Below the pieces are notes generated by a model, which worked only from the letters and a program-made list of their open reading frames with translations, was not told where the DNA came from and searched no databases. Positions 28,348-39,979 of a stretch of DNA of 64,000 bases are shown in pieces (the first letter of the stretch is position 1; each line of letters begins with the position of its first letter). Origin of the DNA: Bryobacteraceae bacterium (lineage in GTDB: Bacteria; Acidobacteriota; Terriglobia; Bryobacterales; Bryobacteraceae); contig JBEKZH010000010.1 in assembly GCA_049510065.1 (NCBI GenBank), forward strand, positions 17,653 through 81,652, read 5' to 3'. The position numbers and the translations under genes were made by a program.

Positions 28348-28971
28348 TCACTTCTCGTCCAGCGGGACCTCGAAGTAGAACAGCTCCTGGCCAGTGGCCG
28401 CTTCCCGGATGCCGGAGAGATACAACTTCGCGCCGGGCACGTGCCGTGTCTGAAAATAGAAAAACCCGCTGGCGCCCTCGCGCGGCGGCAGCATCCTCAC
28501 GGCAAAGGCGCGGCCCTCGATTTCCCATTCGCTCATCGGGTTTTTCTTTGACCCGCCTCCACCGGTGGGGATGGGCAGCGGCACCCCGCCTCCCGGCACG
28601 CGTTTCGGATTCCGTACGCCCCGCAGCCTGCCCAGATCCTGCGGCGGCGTCGGGTCCACGTTGCGGCCGTCGGGCATCTGATAGTGGACCTCGAGATTGG
28701 CGAGGGTCAGTGCCTTGTTCGTGTCATTCTGGAGGATGACCAGCACCGGCAGAATGCCATAGTCGTAGGGGTTGTGCTTGCCGAAGGCCGGGCGCGCCTG
28801 GTCGTCGGTAGTGTACGGCACGGCCGCGATGGTGACATGGTCGATGGTCTGCCGCGTGGGATAAGATAAGGCCGGGCCGGGCGAGAACTTCTTCTCGTCT
28901 TTGTTGTCCGCCATCAGCAGGGCCGAACCCGCTGCGATGAAGACAATCAGATACCTCGAAAACAGGTTCAT
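28348..28971 (-). CDS. Hypothetical secreted protein
   Basis: Signal peptide MNLFSRYLIVFIAAGSALLMA and protein-like composition. No motif recognised. Confidence 0.5.
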   Translation of the reverse strand: MNLFSRYLIVFIAAGSALLMADNKDEKKFSPGPALSYPTRQTIDHVTIAAVPYTTDDQARPAFGKHNPYDYGILPVLVILQNDTNKALTLANLEVHYQMPDGRNVDPTPPQDLGRLRGVRNPKRVPGGGVPLPIPTGGGGSKKNPMSEWEIEGRAFAVRMLPPREGASGFFYFQTRHVPGAKLYLSGIREAATGQELFYFEVPLDEK

Positions 28972-31387
28972 TATTCTTCTCACTCTGGTCCTGCGGACCG
29001 TCGCGTTTCCATTCCTGCTTCTCTATTTTCTGCGGCGCATCGCGCGCGATCGCAACTGGCTGCGCAAACTCGCGGAACGGTTTGGCAGCCTGCCCGCCTC
29101 GTTCTCCCGGACGCCGCCGGGCGCCGTGTGGTTGCATGCCGTTTCGGTGGGCGAGATCCTCTCCGCCGTTGAGCTGTTGAAACAACTTCGCGCCGCGCAG
29201 CCGTACGCACCTCTCTATGTTTCCACAACCACGCTGGCCGGCCGCGCCGTGGCCGACGAGAAGCTGCGCGGTCTCGCCGCCGGGGTGTTCTACCTGCCCA
29301 TCGATTACGGCTTCGCCATCCGCCGCGTGCTGCGCGCCATTCGCCCGAACGTGGTAGTGATCCTCGAAACCGAACTCTGGCCGGTGCTGTTCCGTACGGT
29401 CACCCGCGCCGGCTGCGCGCTGCTGATCGTCAACGGACGGATTTCCGACCGCGCCTGGCCCCGCTATCGCCGCATGCGCTGGTTTTTCCGGCACGTGCTG
29501 GAACTCCCGCGTCTGATTGCCGTGCAGAGCGAGGCCGATCGCCAGCGCTTCCTCGAGTTGGGTGCGCCCGAGCAGAACGTGATGTTGGGGGGCAATTTGA
29601 AATACGATGCCGCGCCCGCTACCGCCCCGCCGCCCTTCGCCGTTCATGCCGATGCAGTCTGGATCGCCGCCAGCACCACGGCCGCCGCGGAGCCGGGCGA
29701 CATCGACGAAGACGACGCCGTGATTGCGGCCTTCCAGCAACTCGCCCCGGACCACCCCGGTCTGCTGCTGATTCTGGTTCCGCGCAAGCCCGAGCGTTTC
29801 GCGGTGGCCGTTGCGAAGTTGACCGCCGCCGGAATCCACTTCCTCAACCGCTCCGAGCTGGGTCGTTCGTCCAATTCGGGGACGGGCGACGACATTCCGC
29901 ACCGCGAAGCCGCTGGAAACGATCCACCGGTCACTGCGGAATCTCGTGGCCCGTCCCCGAATTGGACGCGCACCAACCTCCCCGGCGTGCTCCTGCTGGA
30001 CACTCTGGGCGAGTTGAACAGCATCTTCCCGCTGGCCGACGTCGTGTTCATGGGCGGAACGCTGGCGCGCCGCGGAGGGCACAACATTCTGGAACCGGCC
30101 GCCGCCGGGAAGCCGTTGGTCGTGGGGCCGCACATGGAGAACTTCGCGGCCATCGCCGCCGAGTTCCGCGCCGCCGATGCGGTGGTGGACATTGCCGGAC
30201 CGGCGGACCTGGCCGCCGCCGTTCGGGACTTACTCCACAACCCCGCTCGCCGCGCCGCCCTGGGCTTCCGCGCGCGCGAGCTGGCGCTGGCGAAGCGCGG
30301 AGCCACCGAGCGCGCAGTCCGCGCGATTGTGGAAGCGCGCGATCTGGCCGTGCCCCGCTTCGACGGCCGCGGTGCGGCGTACCCCCTGCTGGCGCCGCTC
30401 GCCCTGCTGTGGAAGGCCGGCAACTGGTGGAGGGAACGGCGCGATTTCGCCCGCGCACGGTCGCTCCGAACGCCCGTAGTGAGCGTAGGCGGCATCGGCA
30501 TGGGCGGCGTTGGCAAGACACCCATCGCGCTGTTCCTCGCCAGACGGCTCTCCGCGGCCGGTCTGCGGCCCGCCATCCTCACGCGCGGCTACGGACGCAA
30601 GTCCTCCTCGCGCGCGGTCATCGTCCCCGCCGGCCGGCGAGTGTCCGTGGATGAGACCGGCGACGAGGCCCAGATCTTCGTTCAGGAGGGTCGCGCCGAC
30701 ACCGGCATCTCCGCCGGCCGCTTCGAAGCGGGCCGAATGCTGGAGGAGTTGACCCGGCCTGGTGTCTTCATCCTCGACGATGGCTTCCAGCATCGCCGGC
30801 TGAAGCGCAAATGCGACATCGTGCTGATTGACGCGCTCGATCCGTTTGCCGGTGGGGCGCTGTTCCCCGCGGGCCGTCTCCGGGAGCCGCTGACGGCGCT
30901 CGCGCGCGCCGATGCGTTCCTCATAACCCGCTCCGAACCGGACCGCGAATACCGCGGCATCCGCCAGGTGCTGGCCCGGTACAATCCGCACGCGCCCGTG
31001 TTTCACTCGCGCGCACAGCCAACCGGCTGGGTCGACCACGCAACCGGCCGTCCTGCCGAAGTCAGGCCCGGCCCGGCCGTCGCCTTCTGCGGAATCGGTA
31101 ACCCCCGTTCTTTCTGGCAGACCCTGCGCGATCTGGGCATCCAGCCGGCCTTCGCCTGGGCGTTCGACGACCACCACAGCTATTCCACGCGCGAACTGCA
31201 ACGTCTGGGGGCCCAGGCTTGCCGCCACGGTGCCCCGGCGCTGCTGACAACCCGTAAGGACTCCTTCAATCTCCCGCCGAATGCCGCAGAGCTGGTTGCT
31301 CCGGCGGCCATTCTCTGGCTCGACATTGAGGCGCAAGTATTTGAAGAAGAGTCACTTATACGGTTAGTTCTAAGTATGAGTGCATAA
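28901..31387 (+). CDS. waaA/lpxK: Fused Kdo transferase (WaaA/KdtA) - tetraacyldisaccharide 4'-kinase (LpxK)
   Basis: One uninterrupted 828-aa frame. The N-terminal part has WaaA motifs (LRKLAERFG, AVWLHAVSVGE, LLLDTLGEL, GGHNILEPAA). The C-terminal part is LpxK with the P-loop VSVGGIGMGGVGKTP, ILTRGYGR and FILDDGFQH. The exact start is uncertain (ATG 28937 is also possible). Confidence 0.85.
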   Translation: MLSAISRAEPAAMKTIRYLENRFIILLTLVLRTVAFPFLLLYFLRRIARDRNWLRKLAERFGSLPASFSRTPPGAVWLHAVSVGEILSAVELLKQLRAAQPYAPLYVSTTTLAGRAVADEKLRGLAAGVFYLPIDYGFAIRRVLRAIRPNVVVILETELWPVLFRTVTRAGCALLIVNGRISDRAWPRYRRMRWFFRHVLELPRLIAVQSEADRQRFLELGAPEQNVMLGGNLKYDAAPATAPPPFAVHADAVWIAASTTAAAEPGDIDEDDAVIAAFQQLAPDHPGLLLILVPRKPERFAVAVAKLTAAGIHFLNRSELGRSSNSGTGDDIPHREAAGNDPPVTAESRGPSPNWTRTNLPGVLLLDTLGELNSIFPLADVVFMGGTLARRGGHNILEPAAAGKPLVVGPHMENFAAIAAEFRAADAVVDIAGPADLAAAVRDLLHNPARRAALGFRARELALAKRGATERAVRAIVEARDLAVPRFDGRGAAYPLLAPLALLWKAGNWWRERRDFARARSLRTPVVSVGGIGMGGVGKTPIALFLARRLSAAGLRPAILTRGYGRKSSSRAVIVPAGRRVSVDETGDEAQIFVQEGRADTGISAGRFEAGRMLEELTRPGVFILDDGFQHRRLKRKCDIVLIDALDPFAGGALFPAGRLREPLTALARADAFLITRSEPDREYRGIRQVLARYNPHAPVFHSRAQPTGWVDHATGRPAEVRPGPAVAFCGIGNPRSFWQTLRDLGIQPAFAWAFDDHHSYSTRELQRLGAQACRHGAPALLTTRKDSFNLPPNAAELVAPAAILWLDIEAQVFEEESLIRLVLSMSA
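29868..29968. repeat. ~101-bp palindromic element, family 'AATTCGGGGACGGG' (copy 2), located inside the waaA-lpxK reading frame
   Basis: CGTCCAATTCGGGGACGGGCGACGACATTCCGCACC...GCGGAATCTCGTGGCCCGTCCCCGAATTGGACG. It is translated in frame as ...RSSNSGTGDDIPHREAAGNDPPVTAESRGPSPNWTR... Confidence 0.8.
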
Positions 31388-31413
31388 CACGCAGATTAGT
31401 TGCGCTAGTGCGG

Positions 31414-31442
31414 TTGACATAAGGTATGGCATGATATATGAT
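31414..31442 (+). promoter_or_regulatory. Putative sigma-70-type promoter of hsp20
   Basis: TTGACA (31414-31419), a 17-nt spacer, then TATGAT (31437-31442), about 40 nt upstream of the hsp20 ATG. Confidence 0.5.
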
Positions 31443-31481
31443 CTTATCAGGATCACATCCTGAGGAGGTTTACAGAATCCC

Positions 31482-31922
31482 ATGCCACTCGTGAAATACA
31501 ACCCTTTCGAAACCGATGACCTGCCGGCCGGTCTCCGGCTCTTCTCCGACACGGTCAACCGTCTGTTGAGCGATGCCCAGGTGCGTCCCTGGACCCCGGC
31601 GGTGGACATCTTCGAGACCGAAAATGAGCTCGTCCTGAAGGCCGACGTTCCCGATGTCGACATGAAGGACATCGATATCCGCATGGAGAACGGCACCCTC
31701 GCTCTCAAGGGCGAGCGGAAGTTCGAGAACGAGAAGAAGGACAAGGGCTTCCATCGCGTGGAGCGCAGCTACGGCACGTTCGCCCGCTACTTCACGCTGC
31801 CGGACACCGTGCAGACCGACAAGGTCCACGCCGACTACAAGAACGGCGTGCTTACCATCACGCTGCCCAAGAAGGAAGTCGCCAAACCGCGCCAGATCAA
31901 GATCGAAGTCAGCAACAGCTAA
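31482..31922 (+). CDS. Hsp20/alpha-crystallin small heat-shock protein
   Basis: WTPAVDIFETENELVLKADVPDV...ENGTLALKGERK...ERSYGTFARYFTLP...ADYKNGVLTITLPK is a canonical ACD. Confidence 0.9.
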   Translation: MPLVKYNPFETDDLPAGLRLFSDTVNRLLSDAQVRPWTPAVDIFETENELVLKADVPDVDMKDIDIRMENGTLALKGERKFENEKKDKGFHRVERSYGTFARYFTLPDTVQTDKVHADYKNGVLTITLPKKEVAKPRQIKIEVSNS

Positions 31923-31962
31923 CCGCGTTTCCGAGCCGTGCGCGTGAGCAAGCGGTAACTCT
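31923..31962 (+). repeat. Half copy (right arm) of the REP-like family seen at 6171-6257
   Basis: CGCGTTTCCGAGCCGTGCGCGTGAGCAAGCGGTAACTC compared with GCGTTTCCGAGCCGCGCACGTCAGTAAGCGGTTTTC. Confidence 0.5.
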
Positions 31963-31982
31963 GGTAAGGTGAGATTTCAGGA

Positions 31983-32013
31983 GGCGGTTCCCGCAGGGGA
32001 CCGCCTTTCCTTT
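31983..32013 (+). terminator. Possible intrinsic terminator/attenuator between hsp20 and htpX
   Basis: GGCGGTTCCC-GCA-GGGGACCGCC (one mismatch), followed by the T-rich tract TTTCCTTT and ending 4 nt before the htpX ATG. Confidence 0.4.
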
Positions 32014-32017
32014 CCCT

Positions 32018-32866
32018 ATGAACGGAATCAGGACAGTCCTGCTGCTGGGAGTTCTCTCGGGCATCCTGCTGTTCGCGGGCGAGCTGATCGGCGGTCGCAA
32101 CGGCTTGTACACGGCGGTCCTGATCGCCATCGCCGTGAACTTCTTCAGCTACTTCTTCTCGGACCGGATGGCCTTGTCCATGTACTCGGCGCAACCGCTC
32201 ACCCAGACCGAGAACCCCGAGATCTACAACCGCCTGTATCCGCTGGTGTGGGGCCTGAGCCAGCGCATGGGCATTCCCATGCCGAAGCTCTGGGTGTTGC
32301 CCGAAGATTCGCCCAACGCGTTCGCCACCGGGCGCAACCCGCAGCATGCTTCGGTGGCGGTCACTGCCGGCATCCTGCGCCTGATGAGCGATCGCGAACT
32401 GGAGGGCGTGCTGGCCCACGAGCTGGGCCACGTGGTGAACCGCGACATTCTCACCAGCTCCATCGCCGCCACCCTGGCCATGGCCATCACGTTCCTGGCC
32501 CGCATGGCCTTCTGGTTCGGCGGCGGCCGCGACGACGAAGACCGCGGCAATCCCGTGGCGGCGCTGGCCATGCTGATTCTCGCGCCCATCGCCGCGCTGC
32601 TGATTCAGATGGCGGTCTCCCGCACGCGCGAGTATGCCGCCGACGCCACTTCGGCCGAGGTTACGCACGACCCCGGCGAGCTGATCTCGGCGCTGGGCAA
32701 GCTGGAAACGTGGTCGAAACGGATCCCCATGGCCGGCGTCAACCCGGCCACCGTGCACCTGTTCATTGTGAAGCCCTTCAGCGGCCGGAGCCTGATGCAG
32801 CTCTTCTCCACACACCCATCCACGGACGACCGCATTCGCCGGCTGGAAGAAATGCGGCGCCAGTAG
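32018..32866 (+). CDS. htpX: Zinc metalloprotease HtpX
   Basis: N-terminal TM segments, HELGHV zinc motif, REYAAD, and the C-terminal STHPSTDDRIRRL. Confidence 0.9.
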   Translation: MNGIRTVLLLGVLSGILLFAGELIGGRNGLYTAVLIAIAVNFFSYFFSDRMALSMYSAQPLTQTENPEIYNRLYPLVWGLSQRMGIPMPKLWVLPEDSPNAFATGRNPQHASVAVTAGILRLMSDRELEGVLAHELGHVVNRDILTSSIAATLAMAITFLARMAFWFGGGRDDEDRGNPVAALAMLILAPIAALLIQMAVSRTREYAADATSAEVTHDPGELISALGKLETWSKRIPMAGVNPATVHLFIVKPFSGRSLMQLFSTHPSTDDRIRRLEEMRRQ

Positions 32867-33031
32867 TGTCCTGTCCCAGTTAACACTTTGCAATCCAGAC
32901 CTCCGAAGTGGGGCAGGCAATTCTGCCTGCATGACCCGCTTTCCAGCGGGTAATGCCGCCTGAAAGGCGGCTGCGGCCAGGATTGGCCGCCCCACAAGTT
33001 GTTGTTAATTATTAGCTGGGACAGGACACTA
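32864..33031. repeat. 168-bp element with 16-bp perfect terminal inverted repeats (TAGTGTCCTGTCCCAG / CTGGGACAGGACACTA) and four internal hairpins
   Basis: Fills the whole htpX-vapC intergenic space. Its outermost TAG/CTA triplets serve as the stop codons of both convergent genes. Internal stems: GGCAG..CTGCC, CCCGC..GCGGG, GCCGCC..GGCGGC, GGCC..GGCC. Confidence 0.75.
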
Positions 33032-33439
33032 GACCAGCGTCACCCCGACCGCCTGCGCGGCTCGCGCGAGTGCCGTATCGACGGTGGCCAGAGGCAGGCC
33101 TTCACGGATGGCCAGGTCCAGGTAGACAGAGTCATAGAAGGAAAGGCGATGCCGACGCGCCAGTCGGATGATCTCCAACAGCCGGCCGGCCAGATCGTCC
33201 GAATCCGTGCGAATGTCGAAAGTCCGCAACAGGTTCAGGGATCGTTCCAGGTCTGTCGAATCGATGCGTCTGCGCCGTTCTCCCGCAAGCAGTCCGTTGG
33301 CGACTTCCGCGTTCCAGATCCGAGGTACGAGCGCAACCGAGTCAGCCAGAATCTGCTGAGCACGGTCCGCGTCGGTGCTGTTCTCGTCTTTGAAGCACCA
33401 TGCGAGCGCCGTTGAGGCGTCGAGTACGAAGCCGCTCAA
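33029..33439 (-). CDS. vapC: Type II toxin VapC (PIN-domain ribonuclease)
   Basis: MSGFVLDASTALAW..., acidic residues spaced as in PIN domains, ...FYDSVYLDLA...LATVD. Confidence 0.85.
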   Translation of the reverse strand: MSGFVLDASTALAWCFKDENSTDADRAQQILADSVALVPRIWNAEVANGLLAGERRRRIDSTDLERSLNLLRTFDIRTDSDDLAGRLLEIIRLARRHRLSFYDSVYLDLAIREGLPLATVDTALARAAQAVGVTLV

Positions 33440-33681
33440 AAGCGCCGTCCATCCTCAATGAGTTCGCGGATGGTCACGCCATTGAGAGGGTGCTTCTCGC
33501 GCAGCCGCTTCAGCTCGGCGATCGCCGCCAGCCTCTTTTCCCGGTCGGAGACCGGCTGCACCGGGACCAGTCGAGCCACGGGAACGCCGTGCTTCGTGAT
33601 GGTGATCTGCTCGCCTTTGGCCACCCGATCCAGGAGGGCAGGAAGGTGAGTCTTGGCCTCGTATGCGCCTACTGTTGCCAT
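33436..33681 (-). CDS. Phd/YefM-family type II antitoxin
   Basis: MATVGAYEAKTHLPALLDRVAKGEQITITKHGVPVARLVP. Overlaps vapC by 4 nt. Confidence 0.85.
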   Translation of the reverse strand: MATVGAYEAKTHLPALLDRVAKGEQITITKHGVPVARLVPVQPVSDREKRLAAIAELKRLREKHPLNGVTIRELIEDGRRF

Positions 33682-33703
33682 AAGACTAGTCTACGACTAG
33701 TCT
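33682..33703 (-). promoter_or_regulatory. Candidate toxin-antitoxin operator: tandem 11-nt repeat, each containing the palindrome AGACTAGTCT/GACTAGTC
   Basis: AAGACTAGTCT ACGACTAGTCT directly abuts the antitoxin start codon. Confidence 0.45.
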
Positions 33704-33880
33704 GAGCTTGGCACAATAGGACCACAGCGGTCTGAAATTCCCTCTAAAGGACCAAAGCGCGGTCCGACATGACTTGCAGGCCGTTGCCCGTTTCCCCTCA
33801 GCACCTTCCCGGGCGGGATTCGGCACTTAGTTTCCACCAGGCTTCACGGACAACGGCTGGTGCTGTATTCCGCCCCGTCC

Positions 33881-34315
33881 CTACGCCTTCACCGGCCGCG
33901 CATTCTCTATGGTCTGCTGTGCGGTGGCCACCCGCGCCTGGGCGTTGCGGTAGCTGACGAGAAGGGCCGTGATGTCAACGTCCGGTGCCGGGTTGACCAG
34001 CCGTTCCTGCGCGCGGAGCAGCTCCTTTTCTGCCTCGGCAAGGTCGATGTCGGAGCCGAGTTCGGCAACGTCGGCCAGCACGCGCACGTGATTGTCGCGC
34101 ACCTCAATAAAGCCCTGGCTTACCAGCACGCTGAAGCGGCGATCCGCATCGGTGACGTACGACAGCGCGCCGATGCCAAGCTGGGCGAACAGCGGCGCAT
34201 GCTCGGGCAACACGCCGATGTACCCGTTTTCGGCGGGAATCTGCGCGCTCACCGCCCGCTCGTGGACAAGCAGCCGTTCGGGAGTGGCGATCTCGAGATC
34301 GAAGGTCGCGGCCAC
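33881..34315 (-). CDS. atpC: F1 ATP synthase epsilon subunit
   Basis: LEIATPERLLVHE...IPAENGYIGVLPEHAPL..., last gene of the atp cluster. Confidence 0.9.
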   Translation of the reverse strand: MAATFDLEIATPERLLVHERAVSAQIPAENGYIGVLPEHAPLFAQLGIGALSYVTDADRRFSVLVSQGFIEVRDNHVRVLADVAELGSDIDLAEAEKELLRAQERLVNPAPDVDITALLVSYRNAQARVATAQQTIENARPVKA

Positions 34316-34316
34316 G

Positions 34317-36627
<2,311 letters not shown>

Positions 36628-36649
36628 ATTCGTCCAGAAAGCACTTTCA

Positions 36650-36730
36650 GCCGCCGATAAACGCCGATAAACGCGGATAACTCATTTCTTTTTAATCTGC
36701 GTTCATCGGCGTTCATCGGTGGCCAATTCT
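36650..36730 (-). repeat. atpA-atpG intercistronic hairpin built from tandem decamers
   Basis: Left arm GCCGATAAAC x2 (+GCGGATAAC), a 15-nt AT-rich loop, right arm GCGTTCATCG x2. A 21-bp stem with two A.C mismatches on the + strand, which become G.U pairs on the - (mRNA) strand. Confidence 0.7.
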
Positions 36731-36744
36731 TTTCGCGCATCATA

Positions 36745-38280
<1,536 letters not shown>

Positions 38281-38281
38281 T

Positions 38282-38839
38282 CTAGATTCCCGTTCCCTGA
38301 GTCAGTTTTCGCCGCATCGTCTGCAGGTGCCCGTGCACGCTGCCGTCGTACACGGTGGACCCGATGCGCGCCGTGGCGCCGCCCACCAGCGCGGGGTTCA
38401 CGTTGTATTGCGCGCGGACGCGCTTGCCGGTGAGCCGTTCCAGCTCCGCTTCCACCGCGCGCGATTGCCGCTCGTCCAGCGGCTCGGCCGAGGTCACGCT
38501 GGCGCGGGCAAAGCCCATTTTCTCGTCGACGAACTCCTCGAAGGCCTCGCGAATCTGCGAAAGGGAGGCGAGGCGGCGATGGTCGGTGATCACAAAAAGG
38601 AAGTTGCGCACCAGCGGCGCCAGACCGAGCGGGACCGCCAGCTTCGCCAGCACCGCTCGTTTCCGCGAGCCCGGAATGGCCGGCGTCTGCAGGACGTGCC
38701 GCAGGTCGGCGCTGGAGGCGACCAGGGCTTCCACGGAGGCGATCTGCGCCGCCACTTCGGCCGGCTGGACGGTGGAGCCGGGTTTCAGCACTACGTCCAG
38801 CAGTGCGTGCGCGTAGCGGCTGGCGGCGGCGGAGATCAT
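38282..38839 (-). CDS. atpH: F1 ATP synthase delta (OSCP) subunit
   Basis: YAHALLDV..., position between b and alpha, 185 aa. Confidence 0.85.
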   Translation of the reverse strand: MISAAASRYAHALLDVVLKPGSTVQPAEVAAQIASVEALVASSADLRHVLQTPAIPGSRKRAVLAKLAVPLGLAPLVRNFLFVITDHRRLASLSQIREAFEEFVDEKMGFARASVTSAEPLDERQSRAVEAELERLTGKRVRAQYNVNPALVGGATARIGSTVYDGSVHGHLQTMRRKLTQGTGI

Positions 38840-39411
38840 TGCCGCACCTCCGGCCGGGCGTCCCCGAGCTGGCGCGTGAAGGCGTCCAGCAGACGCGATT
38901 GCGCCGGCGGATCCATGCGCGAGCGAATGCGCTCTTCGGCGAGATCCAGAGCGAGCTGCGCCGCGTAAGAGTGCAGGCTTTCACGGGCGGCCTTGCTCAT
39001 GGACTCGATTTCGCGTTCGGTTTGCTGCTGAATGCGCGACAAATGCCGCTCGGTTTCCTGGCGAATGCGCTCGCCTTCCACCGAAAACACGCCTTTCGCT
39101 TCCGCTCGCAACTTCTCGATCTCGGCGCCCAGCGCGGCCAGGCGCCCCTCGATCTCAAGCGCCTTCGCTTCCGCTTCCTCCCTCAGCCGGCCGGATTCGG
39201 CGATGTCCTTCTGAATGCCCGCGGTGCGCGAGCGGAAGAAGGGGCCGGCGTTCTTTCCGATGAGGTAGCCGAGGCCACCAGCCAGGATCAGGAAGTTCGC
39301 CCACTTCCACGGGAGCCATTTCCCCTCGTCTTCGGCTTCGTTCTTGTGCTCCGCGCCGAAGGCAAGGGGAGCCAGCAGGAGCGCGCTCAGCAGGAGCCAG
39401 CGGAATCGCAT
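38836..39411 (-). CDS. atpF: Fo ATP synthase subunit b
   Basis: Start at the ATG at 39411 (ATGA overlap with the upstream gene). An N-terminal TM segment followed by a long charged helix. The 251-aa ORF extension is not protein-like. Confidence 0.8.
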   Translation of the reverse strand: MRFRWLLLSALLLAPLAFGAEHKNEAEDEGKWLPWKWANFLILAGGLGYLIGKNAGPFFRSRTAGIQKDIAESGRLREEAEAKALEIEGRLAALGAEIEKLRAEAKGVFSVEGERIRQETERHLSRIQQQTEREIESMSKAARESLHSYAAQLALDLAEERIRSRMDPPAQSRLLDAFTRQLGDARPEVRQ

Positions 39412-39860
39412 CAGCCTGCTCTCCCTTCCAGAACCAGCCGCGAGATCTGCTCGGCCAGTTCGGCGCTCTGCCCTTCGAGGTCGCGTTTCGCCGTGGCGGC
39501 CTCGGCTTCGATGGAGCCCTTCGCAGCGTGCCGTGTTTCGTGAGAGTGGACGCGCGCTTCTTCGATCAGGCGGGCCTGATCGGCAAGCCACTTTCGCCGC
39601 GCTTCCTCCTGCTCCTTATACATTTCGGCCCGTGCCCGCTGCAACGCCGCCTCGTACTCGGCGGTCTTGTCGGCGGCGCGCTTCGCGCTTGCCTCGGCCG
39701 CTTCTCGCGCCCCCTTCGTCGCCTCGTGTCTCTGCTTCAGGACGTTCTTCAACGGCCCGAAGAACATGGCCTTCAAATAGAAGTGCAGCAGGATGACCAG
39801 GAGGAGAGTGGGGATCGCTCGCAGCAAGATCCCGCCCAGCGCGTGCAGAGTTGCTTCCAT
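39411..39860 (-). CDS. Fo ATP synthase subunit b' (second b-type stalk subunit)
   Basis: A TM segment (AIPTLLLVILLHFYLKAMFFGPL), then KNVLKQRHEATKGAREAAE... as a charged coiled coil. Lies immediately upstream of atpF. Confidence 0.75.
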   Translation of the reverse strand: MEATLHALGGILLRAIPTLLLVILLHFYLKAMFFGPLKNVLKQRHEATKGAREAAEASAKRAADKTAEYEAALQRARAEMYKEQEEARRKWLADQARLIEEARVHSHETRHAAKGSIEAEAATAKRDLEGQSAELAEQISRLVLEGRAG

Positions 39861-39979
39861 TGGTTATGAGGGAACCAGAACTCAGGGAAGTCCAGAGGAA
39901 GACTGCGTTCGAGGAGTACCCTGAAGCCACTATCCTCGCACATGTCGCGGACGGTGTTCAACGAGGTAGAATCGGAGTC

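Noticed and set aside
28901-28971. Apparent head-to-head overlap of the 5' ends of the hypothetical secreted protein gene and waaA-lpxK
   Set aside because: This most likely reflects start-codon uncertainty. waaA may initiate at or after 28937, and the signal-peptide gene at 28971. It is not strong enough to claim overlapping divergent coding.
28724-31336. Several long - strand ORFs (469, 312 and 368 aa) and alternative + frame ORFs inside waaA-lpxK
   Set aside because: All are Arg/Gly/Pro-rich shadow frames of a gene with clear WaaA and LpxK motifs.
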